Positions 30,295-39,143 of a stretch of 64,000 nucleotides of DNA are shown one piece after another. Within the stretch, counting starts at the first letter, position 1. Every line of letters begins with the position of its first letter. The stretch spans positions 12,667-76,666 of the forward strand of contig VBEN01000012.1 of the NCBI GenBank assembly GCA_005881175.1, in the 5' to 3' direction. The notes below the pieces were generated by a model that ran no database searches, was not told the origin of the DNA, and worked only from the letters and a program-made list of their open reading frames with translations. This DNA is from Chloroflexota bacterium. GTDB lineage: Bacteria; Chloroflexota; Dormibacteria; CF-121. The position numbers were made by a program, and so were the translations under genes.

Positions 30295-31176
30295 CTAGTG
30301 CTTTCGGTAACCGCCCTGCACGCGGCCATCCATAAATGAGATCTTCGGATGACGCACCTTCGAGGTCAGCCGCCGGGTGATCACGGCCGTGTTGAGCTGG
30401 ACCACCACGTCGTTGCGTTGCAAATGCGGCGGGTTGGGGTAACGTTCGGTGCAGGCGGGACAGGAATCGAGATGCTGGGCAACCATCTTTCGTTGCTCTC
30501 GCCGCAGCGTTCCGGGTGGGAAATTGTCGAGCAGGTAAGCGATCGTGGGGCACCGCGACTCTTCGGTCTGCGCTTTGCCTTCCATGAACAGATACTCTTC
30601 TTTGAAGCGCCGGCGGGCTCGGTGCAGCAGGGTTTCAACCGCGCTTTCCGAGACTTTCATCTTGCGCGCGATGTTCGCGTAGCTCAAACCCTGGAGCTCG
30701 CGCAGGGTTAAGACCAGTCGGTACTTCTCGGGTAGGCGGCGTGCCACCGACCAGACCGCGTCCCGCAGCTCACTGATTTCGAGGGCGACCTCCGGGCTCT
30801 TGCGGGCATCGGCATCGGGCACCTGAAGTACAGAATCTTCGTTTTCTTCGTCATCGATCTCCTGCGCTTCAGGGAATTTCTTCCGTCTTCTCAACTCGTC
30901 GTAGCAAAGGTTGGTGGCAATCCGGTGGATCCATGCCGAGAAATTAAAGCTGTCGTTGATCCGATGGATGGTGCGGAGGATCTGAAAGAACGTTTCCTGG
31001 GTCAGGTCCTCGGCCAACTGCCGGTCGCGCAGCAGCCGGAATGTCAGCCCATAGATGGCCTTGTGGTAGCGCCTGAAGAGGGTATCGAAGGCGGCGACGT
31101 CGCCTGCGAGGTAGTCGCGTATCAGGTCGAGATCCGAGGGCCCCCGGGCAACTCGCGTCACTACCGTGAATACCAC
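30295..31176 (-). CDS. ECF-type sigma-70 factor fused to a C-terminal zinc anti-sigma (ZAS-like) domain
   Basis: Sigma region 2 (FDTLFRRYHKAIYGLTFRLL...DLTQETF) and region 4 (LTLRELQGLSYANIARKM); after region 4, C...(26 aa)...HLDSCPAC matches the ZAS HxxxCxxC motif. Confidence 0.75.
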   Translation of the reverse strand: MVFTVVTRVARGPSDLDLIRDYLAGDVAAFDTLFRRYHKAIYGLTFRLLRDRQLAEDLTQETFFQILRTIHRINDSFNFSAWIHRIATNLCYDELRRRKKFPEAQEIDDEENEDSVLQVPDADARKSPEVALEISELRDAVWSVARRLPEKYRLVLTLRELQGLSYANIARKMKVSESAVETLLHRARRRFKEEYLFMEGKAQTEESRCPTIAYLLDNFPPGTLRREQRKMVAQHLDSCPACTERYPNPPHLQRNDVVVQLNTAVITRRLTSKVRHPKISFMDGRVQGGYRKH

Positions 31177-31295
31177 CCGGACTCGGCAAAATCGTTCGAC
31201 GTGAGGTCCCTCCCGCCGAGTCGCTGGCGAATCATAGCACCCGTTCTTGCGCGGGCTGCACGACCCTCAGACGCATTTTCCAACTTTGTCACACG

Positions 31296-31338
31296 GCCGC
31301 GATCTTTTCGCAGGAGTTCCGCGAATAGCTCGTTATAA
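31296..31338 (+). promoter_or_regulatory. Candidate sigma70-like promoter upstream of the 31372 gene
   Basis: -10 TATAAT at 31333-31338 with a TTTCGC/TTCGCA-like -35 about 17-18 nt upstream; intergenic, AT-richer than surroundings. Confidence 0.3.
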
Positions 31339-31371
31339 TGCCGCTGACGTCCAGTTCCACGAGGGCCACAA

Positions 31372-31950
31372 ATGGGCAGTCCGGGGGCCAGAAAAGCCAC
31401 CACCGTCACCGTCCGATTTCTCGACGACGAGATCATGGAGGGGCAGGTGGGCACCATCAGCCTCAATCAGCCAAATATCGAGCTCGAGATGCCGGAGGCC
31501 AGCAACAACGAGCGCGCCCTCGTCCCGCTGCCCTCGATCAAGCGGATTACCCTCGCCGCCGGCGCCCCCAGCGCGGAGGAGCAGGCGCGTGCCGAGCGCA
31601 AGGTGGCGATTCGGTTCCAGGATGGCGAGGTCCTGAAGGGCTATCTGGACGGGGAGTTACGCCAGGCCAGCCACGGGCTCACCCTTCGGCTGATGAGCGT
31701 TGAGAAAGATCGAATCGAAACCTTGGGCATCCCCTATACGGCGCTCAAGGCCCTCTTCTACCTGAAAACCTGGGATACCAGGCCGCCCGAATTTGACGGT
31801 AAGGAGGATCGGCATCTGAGCAAGCGGCTTTCCTCGCCTCTCGTGGATCTGATCTCCGACATGGGTCAGCTGGACAAGCTTCGCAAGCGCGGAGCCATCA
31901 CGGAGAGTGAATTTCAACGGAAGCGCCGGAAGATCCTCGATAACATCTAG
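31372..31950 (+). CDS. Hypothetical protein with internal duplicated beta-rich module and C-terminal SHOCT-like motif
   Basis: Two similar segments (VTVRFLDDEIMEGQV / VAIRFQDGEVLKGYL); C-terminus LRKRGAITESEFQRKRRKIL resembles the SHOCT short C-terminal domain. Confidence 0.45.
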   Translation: MGSPGARKATTVTVRFLDDEIMEGQVGTISLNQPNIELEMPEASNNERALVPLPSIKRITLAAGAPSAEEQARAERKVAIRFQDGEVLKGYLDGELRQASHGLTLRLMSVEKDRIETLGIPYTALKALFYLKTWDTRPPEFDGKEDRHLSKRLSSPLVDLISDMGQLDKLRKRGAITESEFQRKRRKILDNI

Positions 31951-33676
31951 AGCCGCCGTCCTCGCCCTGGCACTGCCGCTGATCGCCGGCTGCAGCTCTC
32001 TGCCGTCGGTGCACGGACTCTCGCTCGGCACCGCCAGCCCGCTGCCGGCGCCCTATCAGCCGGAGCCGGCCCGCCACGAAGGCGGAACCCTGGTGGTAGG
32101 CGACTGGGAGAGCCCGACCAACTTCTCGCCACTCTTCAACGAAGAGGTCCCCGCGGCCCAGATCGACGCCCTGCTCTATGCCAGCCTGGTACGACTCGAT
32201 GCCAATCTGCAACCCGTCCCGGACCTGGTCCAGCGGGTCCCGACCCTCCAGAACGGTGACGTGACCTGGGACCACGCCAGCGGAACCATGGACGTGACTT
32301 ACCGGCTAAGGCCCGGGCTCCGATGGTCGGACGGCCAGCCCTTAACGGCTCACGACGTTGCCTTCACCTGGAAGCTGATCGTTGACCCGAAAGTCCCGGG
32401 CGTTCTCTCGCCGGACGGCTACACGGCAATCTCCCGGATCGATATTCATGACCCGCAGCGATTCACGCTCCACTTCGATCGGGTCTACCCGAAGTATCTG
32501 ACGCTCTTTCCGGCCGTCCTGCCAGAGCACCGCCTCGGCGCGGTCTCGCCGGAACAGTTACCCGGGGATCCCTTCTGGGCGCGTCCCGACGTGGTCAGCG
32601 GTCCCTTCAAGATCTCGGAGCTCGTGCCAGATAGCCACATCACGCTGGTGCGGAACGATGCCTGGTCGCAGGGACGGTCGGGACGCCGGCCTCACCTGGA
32701 CAGCATTATTTACAAGATTTATCCGGAATCGGGACAGCTGCGCGAGGCCGCCCGCAGCGCCCAGGTTGCCGTCGCGCTGGAGCTCCCCGATGACCAGCTT
32801 GCTGCCCTCTCCGGCACCGGGGCCATGACGGTGCAGCGACGGTCGCAGCTCGCCTACGAACAGGTGACCTTCAACCAGGCCGATCCGAACCCCCTGACCG
32901 GCCAGGCCCCATTGTGGAAAAACGATTCGGCCCTGCTACAGGCGCTTCGGCTGGCCATTGACCGGCCGGCCATCGTCAAGAAATTCTTCCACGATCAGGC
33001 CCAGTTGGCCGACTCACCGATTCCTTCGGCTCTGACCCAGTTTCACGACCCTGACGGCGGCCTCGATTACGACCTGGGCGGCGCCAGGAAGTTGCTGGAC
33101 GGCGATGGTTGGTCCGTCGGAGCCGACGGCATTCGCAGTAAGAAGGGTCGGCGTTTGAGTTTCCAGTTGGTGACCGCGTTGGGCAGCCCATTACGCGACG
33201 GCATTCGCGATGAGCTGATCGCGCAGTGGCGGAAGCTTGGTGCCGACGTCAGCGCCACGCAGGCGCACCCAGGCGCGCTGTTCAGTGGCTATGCCGAGGG
33301 CGGCCTGCTCGAGCGCGGACAGTTCGAGGCCGGGCTGTGGACCTGGAGCATCGGTCCCGACCCGGACGGCGTGTACCCACTCGAGCACTCATCGCAAATC
33401 CCGAGCGACCAAAACCAGCGTCGCGGATCGAACTTCGGTCGTTTCAGCAATCCGGATCTCGATCGCAACCTCGACCGGGGACGCAGCTCACTGAACACGG
33501 TCGAGCGCGCCCGGTCGTATGCTGCGTTCGAGCGAGCCTACGCGCGCCTCGGCTTCGAGCTGCCGCTCTTCGAGCGCGTGCTCGTGGTGCTGGCCAGCCC
33601 GCATCTGCACAATGTTGCACCCAACCCGGCGCCCGATACGACATTGTGGAATGCGGCCGACTGGTGGCTGGACTGA
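31907..33676 (+). CDS. ABC transporter substrate-binding lipoprotein, family 5 (peptide/nickel, OppA/DppA-like)
   Basis: Lipoprotein signal (...AAVLALALPLIAGCSS); family-5 SBP features throughout; 589 aa; overlaps the upstream gene by 44 nt. Confidence 0.8.
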   Translation: MNFNGSAGRSSITSRAAVLALALPLIAGCSSLPSVHGLSLGTASPLPAPYQPEPARHEGGTLVVGDWESPTNFSPLFNEEVPAAQIDALLYASLVRLDANLQPVPDLVQRVPTLQNGDVTWDHASGTMDVTYRLRPGLRWSDGQPLTAHDVAFTWKLIVDPKVPGVLSPDGYTAISRIDIHDPQRFTLHFDRVYPKYLTLFPAVLPEHRLGAVSPEQLPGDPFWARPDVVSGPFKISELVPDSHITLVRNDAWSQGRSGRRPHLDSIIYKIYPESGQLREAARSAQVAVALELPDDQLAALSGTGAMTVQRRSQLAYEQVTFNQADPNPLTGQAPLWKNDSALLQALRLAIDRPAIVKKFFHDQAQLADSPIPSALTQFHDPDGGLDYDLGGARKLLDGDGWSVGADGIRSKKGRRLSFQLVTALGSPLRDGIRDELIAQWRKLGADVSATQAHPGALFSGYAEGGLLERGQFEAGLWTWSIGPDPDGVYPLEHSSQIPSDQNQRRGSNFGRFSNPDLDRNLDRGRSSLNTVERARSYAAFERAYARLGFELPLFERVLVVLASPHLHNVAPNPAPDTTLWNAADWWLD

Positions 33677-33712
33677 GCCTTGTTAGACAGTCTTAGAAAA
33701 CGCCATTTTTCG

Positions 33713-33742
33713 TTGACGCTTGCCGGCGAGCGCTCGTAGAAT
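33713..33742 (+). promoter_or_regulatory. Candidate promoter TTGACG-N18-TAGAAT
   Basis: Near-consensus -35 and -10 in the short gap before the second SBP gene; conflicts with ATG 33741 as start, so either a later start (ATG 33804, MLGAMLLVVAC) or a spurious promoter. Confidence 0.3.
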
Positions 33743-35570
33743 GCTGCCCGACATCAGCGCCATCACCCGGCATCGCCGCCCCCGATGGAGGCTGAGCCTG
33801 ACCATGCTCGGAGCCATGCTATTGGTGGTCGCCTGCGCTCCTGGGAACGGGACGAACCCAACGGCGGTCAAACCCGGCGGTAGAGTCACCGTCGGTTCAT
33901 GGCAAGAGCAGGATAGCCTGCTTTCCTGCAATATCACGGCGGCTGCCTCGCATGCCTGCGCCTATATCAACCCCGCCATGGAGGGGCTGCTGACGGTAAA
34001 GGCCAACCAGGACCCGCTACCGAACAATCCCAAGCTGTCGGACTACTGGGTGCCGGAGCTGGCCACGCAAGTCCCCACCCTCGAAAACGGAAGCGTCAAG
34101 GTGAGCGGCGACAAGATGGACGTCATCTGGAAGCTACGCCGCGGCGTCAAGTGGCAGGACGGCGTGCCCTTTACGTCGAAGGACGTCAAGGCGACGTTTG
34201 AGTTCTGGTGGCTGAAGTACCGGGACAAGAATCCGACGCCCCTGGTTTCGACGAGTGGCTGGGACCAGGTGGAAGGGGTCGAGACGCCGGACGACTACAC
34301 GGCGATCGTGCACTTCCACATTGTTTATGCCGCCTACCTGACGCTCGGGACCGGGCCGTACGGCATATTGCCTGATCACCTGCTGGAGCAGGTCTGGGCC
34401 AAGACCGGTGACATCACTCACGACAAGGTCACCGTGAACATCCCGGGTGGCTATAACGGCTCGGACACCCTCGACAAGATCATGGTCGGCACGGGGCCAT
34501 TCATGTTCAAGGAATGGGTGACCGGGGACCATCTGACGCTGGTCCGCAATCCACGTTGGTGGGGCGGTGGTGGCCGGCCTTACCTGAATGAGATCCGGGT
34601 CAAGTTCGACAGCGATGCCAACCAGGAGCTCAACGAGCTGCGGACGAACGCGATTGACATGGGGTTGGATTTGCGTCCATCACTGTTACCACCGCTGTCG
34701 CGGCTGAGCGATGTCACCACGGTGACCATCCTGGATAGCGCGTCGGAGCACGTCGACATCAATCTGCACAACACGTTCCTCAAGGATGTGACACTTCGAA
34801 AGGCCATCCTGATGGCAATCGATCGCCAGAAGATCGTCGACACACTGCTGCTGGGCAAGACGGTGGTCCCGCCAGATGCCTGGATGTGCATCCAGACGGG
34901 CGCCTGGTGCCTTGATCCAAATGCGAAACATAGCCCGTACGACCCTGCCGCCGCCAACAAGCTGCTCGACGATGCGGGTTACAAACTCCAGGATTCGGGC
35001 GACTGCAAAGGGTTTCGCACCGATCCGCAGGGGCGCTGCGTGCGTCTTCATCTGATTACGACCACCTTGCCGCTACGCGAAGAGCAGGAGATCGTGATCG
35101 CCTCCGACCTGCAGAGCATCGGCGTCGAGATCATCAAACCGTTTGCGAACGTCCCGTCGAGCCGCATGTTCGGATCCTGCACCAGCGGTGGCGTCATCTA
35201 CAGCCACAACTTCGACCTGGCGCTCTACACGAACAATTACAGCTACCCGGCTGAGCCGGACTCGCTCGCCTATACCGCCTACCACAGCTCGCAGATCCCG
35301 ACCGATGTGAACGGCTGTGCTGGTCAAAACACGACCTACATCAGCGATCCGCAACTCGACCAGGCGCTCGACCAGGCGCGACTTTCGGTCAGGCTGTCAG
35401 ATCGGAAGGACAAATATATTGCGGCACAGCGCCGGCTCGCCGACTTGATTCCGGAGATCCCCCTGTATCAGGCGGTGGACGTGGAAGCCTACAACAAGAA
35501 GCTTGGCGGCTATAAGGGCAACGAATTCTGGTGGATGAACCAGACCGCCGACTGGTATATCAACCAGTAG
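33741..35570 (+). CDS. Second ABC transporter substrate-binding lipoprotein, family 5
   Basis: Signal peptide RHRRPRWRLSLTMLGAMLLVVAC-AP (lipobox); family-5 SBP core; start ambiguous (33720/33741/33804). Confidence 0.8.
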   Translation: MLPDISAITRHRRPRWRLSLTMLGAMLLVVACAPGNGTNPTAVKPGGRVTVGSWQEQDSLLSCNITAAASHACAYINPAMEGLLTVKANQDPLPNNPKLSDYWVPELATQVPTLENGSVKVSGDKMDVIWKLRRGVKWQDGVPFTSKDVKATFEFWWLKYRDKNPTPLVSTSGWDQVEGVETPDDYTAIVHFHIVYAAYLTLGTGPYGILPDHLLEQVWAKTGDITHDKVTVNIPGGYNGSDTLDKIMVGTGPFMFKEWVTGDHLTLVRNPRWWGGGGRPYLNEIRVKFDSDANQELNELRTNAIDMGLDLRPSLLPPLSRLSDVTTVTILDSASEHVDINLHNTFLKDVTLRKAILMAIDRQKIVDTLLLGKTVVPPDAWMCIQTGAWCLDPNAKHSPYDPAAANKLLDDAGYKLQDSGDCKGFRTDPQGRCVRLHLITTTLPLREEQEIVIASDLQSIGVEIIKPFANVPSSRMFGSCTSGGVIYSHNFDLALYTNNYSYPAEPDSLAYTAYHSSQIPTDVNGCAGQNTTYISDPQLDQALDQARLSVRLSDRKDKYIAAQRRLADLIPEIPLYQAVDVEAYNKKLGGYKGNEFWWMNQTADWYINQ

Positions 35571-35621
35571 AGTTACTCGCGAACACGGCGCTGGACCTGC
35601 GGCCTCGCTAATCTTCTAGAC

Positions 35622-37064
35622 ATGAAAAACTTCGTGGCGACGGCCCTTAACGCCGCCCAGGTGAAAGGGGCGAGCTATGCCGACGTGCGCCTCGACGAGC
35701 GGGTCCAACAGGACATCACGGTCAAGAATGGCCAACTGGCCGCCGTCTCCGACGACGCCAGCGAAGGCCTCGGCGTTCGGGTGCTCGTCGATGGCGCCTG
35801 GGGATTCGCCGGTAGCGCGCGGCTGGATGAGAACGAAGTCGAACTTGTCGTCGAGCGCGCGATTCGCATCGCCCGGGCCAGCGCCCGGGCCCGCTCAGTG
35901 CCGGTCGATCTCGGGCCGCCCGTTACCTCGCGCGGTCATTACCGAACGCCGGTCGAGCGCGATCCGTTCACCGTGCCGCTCAGCGAAAAAGTCGAGCTGC
36001 TGTTGCGCGCCGATCAGGCGATGGGATCGGTCAAAGGCGTCACCATCCGGGAGGGCTCGATGGAGTTCATCCGGCAGAAGAAAGTCTTTGCCTCCACCGA
36101 GGGCGCCTTGACGGAGCAAGAGCTCTTTGAAAGCGGCGCCGGGATCGAGGCGACGGCGACGTCTCCGGACGAGGTCCAGAATCGGTCCTATCCGAATTCG
36201 TTCGGCCGGCATCAGGGTGCGGCCGGCTACGAGTACATCACAGCGCTGCAACTCGACCGGCACGGACAGCGAATTGGGGAGGAAGCTGTCGCCCTGCTCT
36301 CGGCAGACCAATGTCCGAGTGGCGTCAAGACGCTCATCCTGGATGCCAGTCAGGTCGCGCTTCAGGTTCACGAGTCCTGCGGGCATCCGACTGAACTGGA
36401 CCGTGTTTTTGGCATGGAGGCGGCCTACGCGGGCACCAGTTTCATGACCCCAGAAAAGCTCAGGCATCTCCAGTACGGCTCGCCGAAAGTCACGATTACG
36501 GCCGACGCCCTGACGCCGACCGGGCTGGGCACCTTCGGCTGGGACGATGAGGGGGTGCCCGCCCAGAGATCTTTTCTGATCCAGGAAGGCTTGTTCGTCG
36601 GCTATCTGACCTCCCGGGAAACGGCCAGCGTGCTCGGCCAGCAGAGTAACGGCACGATGCGAGCCGACGGCTGGAATCGGATCCCCTTGATTCGGATGAC
36701 GAATGTCAACCTCGAGCCGGGCGATTCGTCATTGGAGCAAATGATCGCCGAGACCAAGGACGGCATCTATATGGAAACGAACCGCAGCTGGAGCATCGAC
36801 GATAAGCGACTGAACTTCCAGTTCGGCACCCAGCTGGCTTACGAGATCCTGAATGGCAAACGCGGGCGCTTGCTCAAAAACGCCACCTACGCGGGGATCA
36901 CGCCGGAGTTCTGGAACTCGTGCGATGCCGTGGCCGGCAAATCCGAATGGCGGGTGTGGGGGTTGGCGAACTGCGGCAAGGGACAGCCCCCGCAGGTCGC
37001 CCACGTGGCGCATGGCGCGGCTCCCACCCGCTTCCAGAACGTCAGGGTGGGGATCCTCAAATGA
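35622..37064 (+). CDS. tldD: TldD-family metalloprotease
   Basis: HExxxH motif HESCGHPTELD and conserved TldD N-terminus (ASYADVR...); 480 aa. Confidence 0.85.
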   Translation: MKNFVATALNAAQVKGASYADVRLDERVQQDITVKNGQLAAVSDDASEGLGVRVLVDGAWGFAGSARLDENEVELVVERAIRIARASARARSVPVDLGPPVTSRGHYRTPVERDPFTVPLSEKVELLLRADQAMGSVKGVTIREGSMEFIRQKKVFASTEGALTEQELFESGAGIEATATSPDEVQNRSYPNSFGRHQGAAGYEYITALQLDRHGQRIGEEAVALLSADQCPSGVKTLILDASQVALQVHESCGHPTELDRVFGMEAAYAGTSFMTPEKLRHLQYGSPKVTITADALTPTGLGTFGWDDEGVPAQRSFLIQEGLFVGYLTSRETASVLGQQSNGTMRADGWNRIPLIRMTNVNLEPGDSSLEQMIAETKDGIYMETNRSWSIDDKRLNFQFGTQLAYEILNGKRGRLLKNATYAGITPEFWNSCDAVAGKSEWRVWGLANCGKGQPPQVAHVAHGAAPTRFQNVRVGILK

Positions 37065-38404
37065 AAAGCATGGAGGTATCGCGGTTAACGGACACAGGCG
37101 AACTGAAGGACTTTATCTCTGGCGTGCTCCAGCGATCACCGGCGCAGCAGACCGAGGTGATGGTGACGGAGTGGGACAGCGCCCTGACGCGTTTCGCCAA
37201 CAATGGAATCCACCAGAACGTTGCTGAACGCAATGTCAGCGTTCGGGTAAGAGTCGTCAAAGACGGCAAGACTGGGGTGGCTTCGATCAACCAGATGAAC
37301 CAGGCGGCAGCATCAGACGTCCTCAATCGGGCGATCGCCATCGCCGACCTGCAACCCAAGGGCGAGGTCGTGCCGATGCCAGGGCCGGCGCCGGCTCAGC
37401 CGGTTGAGGCCTGGTCCGATGCCACGGCGGCCGCCACGCCCGAAGAGCGGGCCGACTTCGTCGAAGCGATCTGCGTCAAGGCCGGCCACGCCGGGCTCAA
37501 AGCCTTCGGCGCCTACAGCACCAGCGCGGGGCAGCTGGCGATCGCCAATTCGCTCGGCGTGTTCCACCATCACCGATCGACCCAGGCAACGGTTAACGCC
37601 GTAATCATGGGTGATGCCGGGTCGGGCTATGCCGATCGCGGTGCGGTCGACGTTGGGGAACTCGACAGGGACGAGCTGGCCACCGAAGTCATCGACAAGG
37701 CGAAGCGCAACCAGAACGCGCAGCCAGTGGAGCCCGGCGACTACGAGGTGGTACTCGAGGAGTACGCGGTGGCGGAAATGCTGGAGTTCATGAGTTTCAT
37801 GGGCTTCAGCGCCCTGGCCGCTCAGGAAGAACGCAGCTTCATGCGGCTGGACGAACGCATTACGGGGGAAAATGTAAGCATCTGGGACAATGCGCTCGAT
37901 CTGAGCGGCTTACCTGTCTCGTTCGACTTTGAAGGCGTCCCCAAACAGAGAGTGGACCTGATCACCCGCGGCGTGGCACGTGGCCTCGTCTACGACCAGC
38001 TCACCGCGCAGCGTGCCGGCCGGCAATCGACCGGCCATGGCCTGCCCGCCCCGAACACGGAGGGGCCGTTTGCTGTCAACCTGTTCATGGAACCGGGCAC
38101 GACGGCCAAGGCGGAACTCTTGAGTGACATCAAGCGAGGTATCTGGGTGACACGATTCTGGTATGTACGCATCGTGCATCCGAAAGCGTCCATCATTACC
38201 GGCATGACGCGCGAAGGTACGTTCCTCATCGAGAATGGCCGCATCACCCGGCCCGTGAAAGATCTTCGCTTTACCCAGAGCATCCTGGATGCGCTGAACG
38301 GGACGCTGGCGCTGAGCCGTACGACCAAGCTCCAGATCGGCGAGTACATCGGGGCATCGCGCGTGCCGGCGATCCGGCTCAAGGCATTCACGTTTACGAG
38401 TTGA
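37061..38404 (+). CDS. pmbA: PmbA/TldE-family protein (TldD partner)
   Basis: TldD/PmbA fold without the HExxxH motif; ATGA overlap with the tldD stop; 447 aa. Confidence 0.8.
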   Translation: MKSMEVSRLTDTGELKDFISGVLQRSPAQQTEVMVTEWDSALTRFANNGIHQNVAERNVSVRVRVVKDGKTGVASINQMNQAAASDVLNRAIAIADLQPKGEVVPMPGPAPAQPVEAWSDATAAATPEERADFVEAICVKAGHAGLKAFGAYSTSAGQLAIANSLGVFHHHRSTQATVNAVIMGDAGSGYADRGAVDVGELDRDELATEVIDKAKRNQNAQPVEPGDYEVVLEEYAVAEMLEFMSFMGFSALAAQEERSFMRLDERITGENVSIWDNALDLSGLPVSFDFEGVPKQRVDLITRGVARGLVYDQLTAQRAGRQSTGHGLPAPNTEGPFAVNLFMEPGTTAKAELLSDIKRGIWVTRFWYVRIVHPKASIITGMTREGTFLIENGRITRPVKDLRFTQSILDALNGTLALSRTTKLQIGEYIGASRVPAIRLKAFTFTS

Positions 38405-39129
38405 CGAGGCCTCCAGTCATTGGCCTGCCGACGCTGGCGATTCCGCCGGGTGTGAAGCCGGCGCGCTTTGGCGTCAACCAGACGTACGTCCGCGCGCTCG
38501 TCGCGGCCGGCTGTGCCCCTGTCCTGATCCCGTTGATCGACGATCAGGCTCGGCTGCGCGCCATCTACGAGCGCCTGGACGGGATCGTGTTTCCGGGCGG
38601 CGCCGATGTGGCGCCGCAGGAATATGGCGAAGAGCCGATGGATAATTTGAATATCGTCGAGCCCGAGCGTGATCGGACCGAGCTGACACTGGCGCGCTGG
38701 GCCTTTGACGACGATTTGCCGACGCTTGGGATCTGCCGCGGCCAGCAGTTGTTGAATGTCGCCCTGGGCGGAACGCTCTTTCAGGACCTGCGTCACCAGG
38801 GCGCCACGACAGTCGAGCATTCAGACGCCGATGGCCGGGCCCGAACGGCCCTGATACACCGGGTTCGGCTCGATCCCGACTCTCGGCTGGCGCAGCTGAT
38901 CGATGAGACCAGCATCGAGGTGAACAGCCTGCATCACCAGGCCGTAAAGTCCGCGGCGGCGAAATTACGGGTCACTGGGAAATCCGACGACGGCATCATC
39001 GAGGCGATGGAATCGCCGGAACGACGCTTCTGGATAGCCGTTCAGTGGCACCCAGAAGAAATCGACGACCTGATATGGGTGCGGCGCTTGTTCCAGGGTT
39101 TCGCCGAAGCTGCCCAGCCCTCAGGCTGA
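38401..39129 (+). CDS. Class I glutamine amidotransferase-like / peptidase C26 (gamma-glutamyl-GABA hydrolase PuuD-like)
   Basis: LGICRGQQLLNVALGGTL nucleophile-Cys motif and downstream His region (WHPE); overlaps the pmbA stop. Confidence 0.8.
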   Translation: MTRPPVIGLPTLAIPPGVKPARFGVNQTYVRALVAAGCAPVLIPLIDDQARLRAIYERLDGIVFPGGADVAPQEYGEEPMDNLNIVEPERDRTELTLARWAFDDDLPTLGICRGQQLLNVALGGTLFQDLRHQGATTVEHSDADGRARTALIHRVRLDPDSRLAQLIDETSIEVNSLHHQAVKSAAAKLRVTGKSDDGIIEAMESPERRFWIAVQWHPEEIDDLIWVRRLFQGFAEAAQPSG

Positions 39130-39143
39130 ACGCAGAACCAGGC

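Noticed and set aside
33713-33742. Near-consensus TTGACG-N18-TAGAAT promoter before the second SBP gene
   Set aside because: Kept only as a low-confidence feature: its -10 overlaps the first plausible ATG (33741), so either the gene starts later (33804) or the match is fortuitous.
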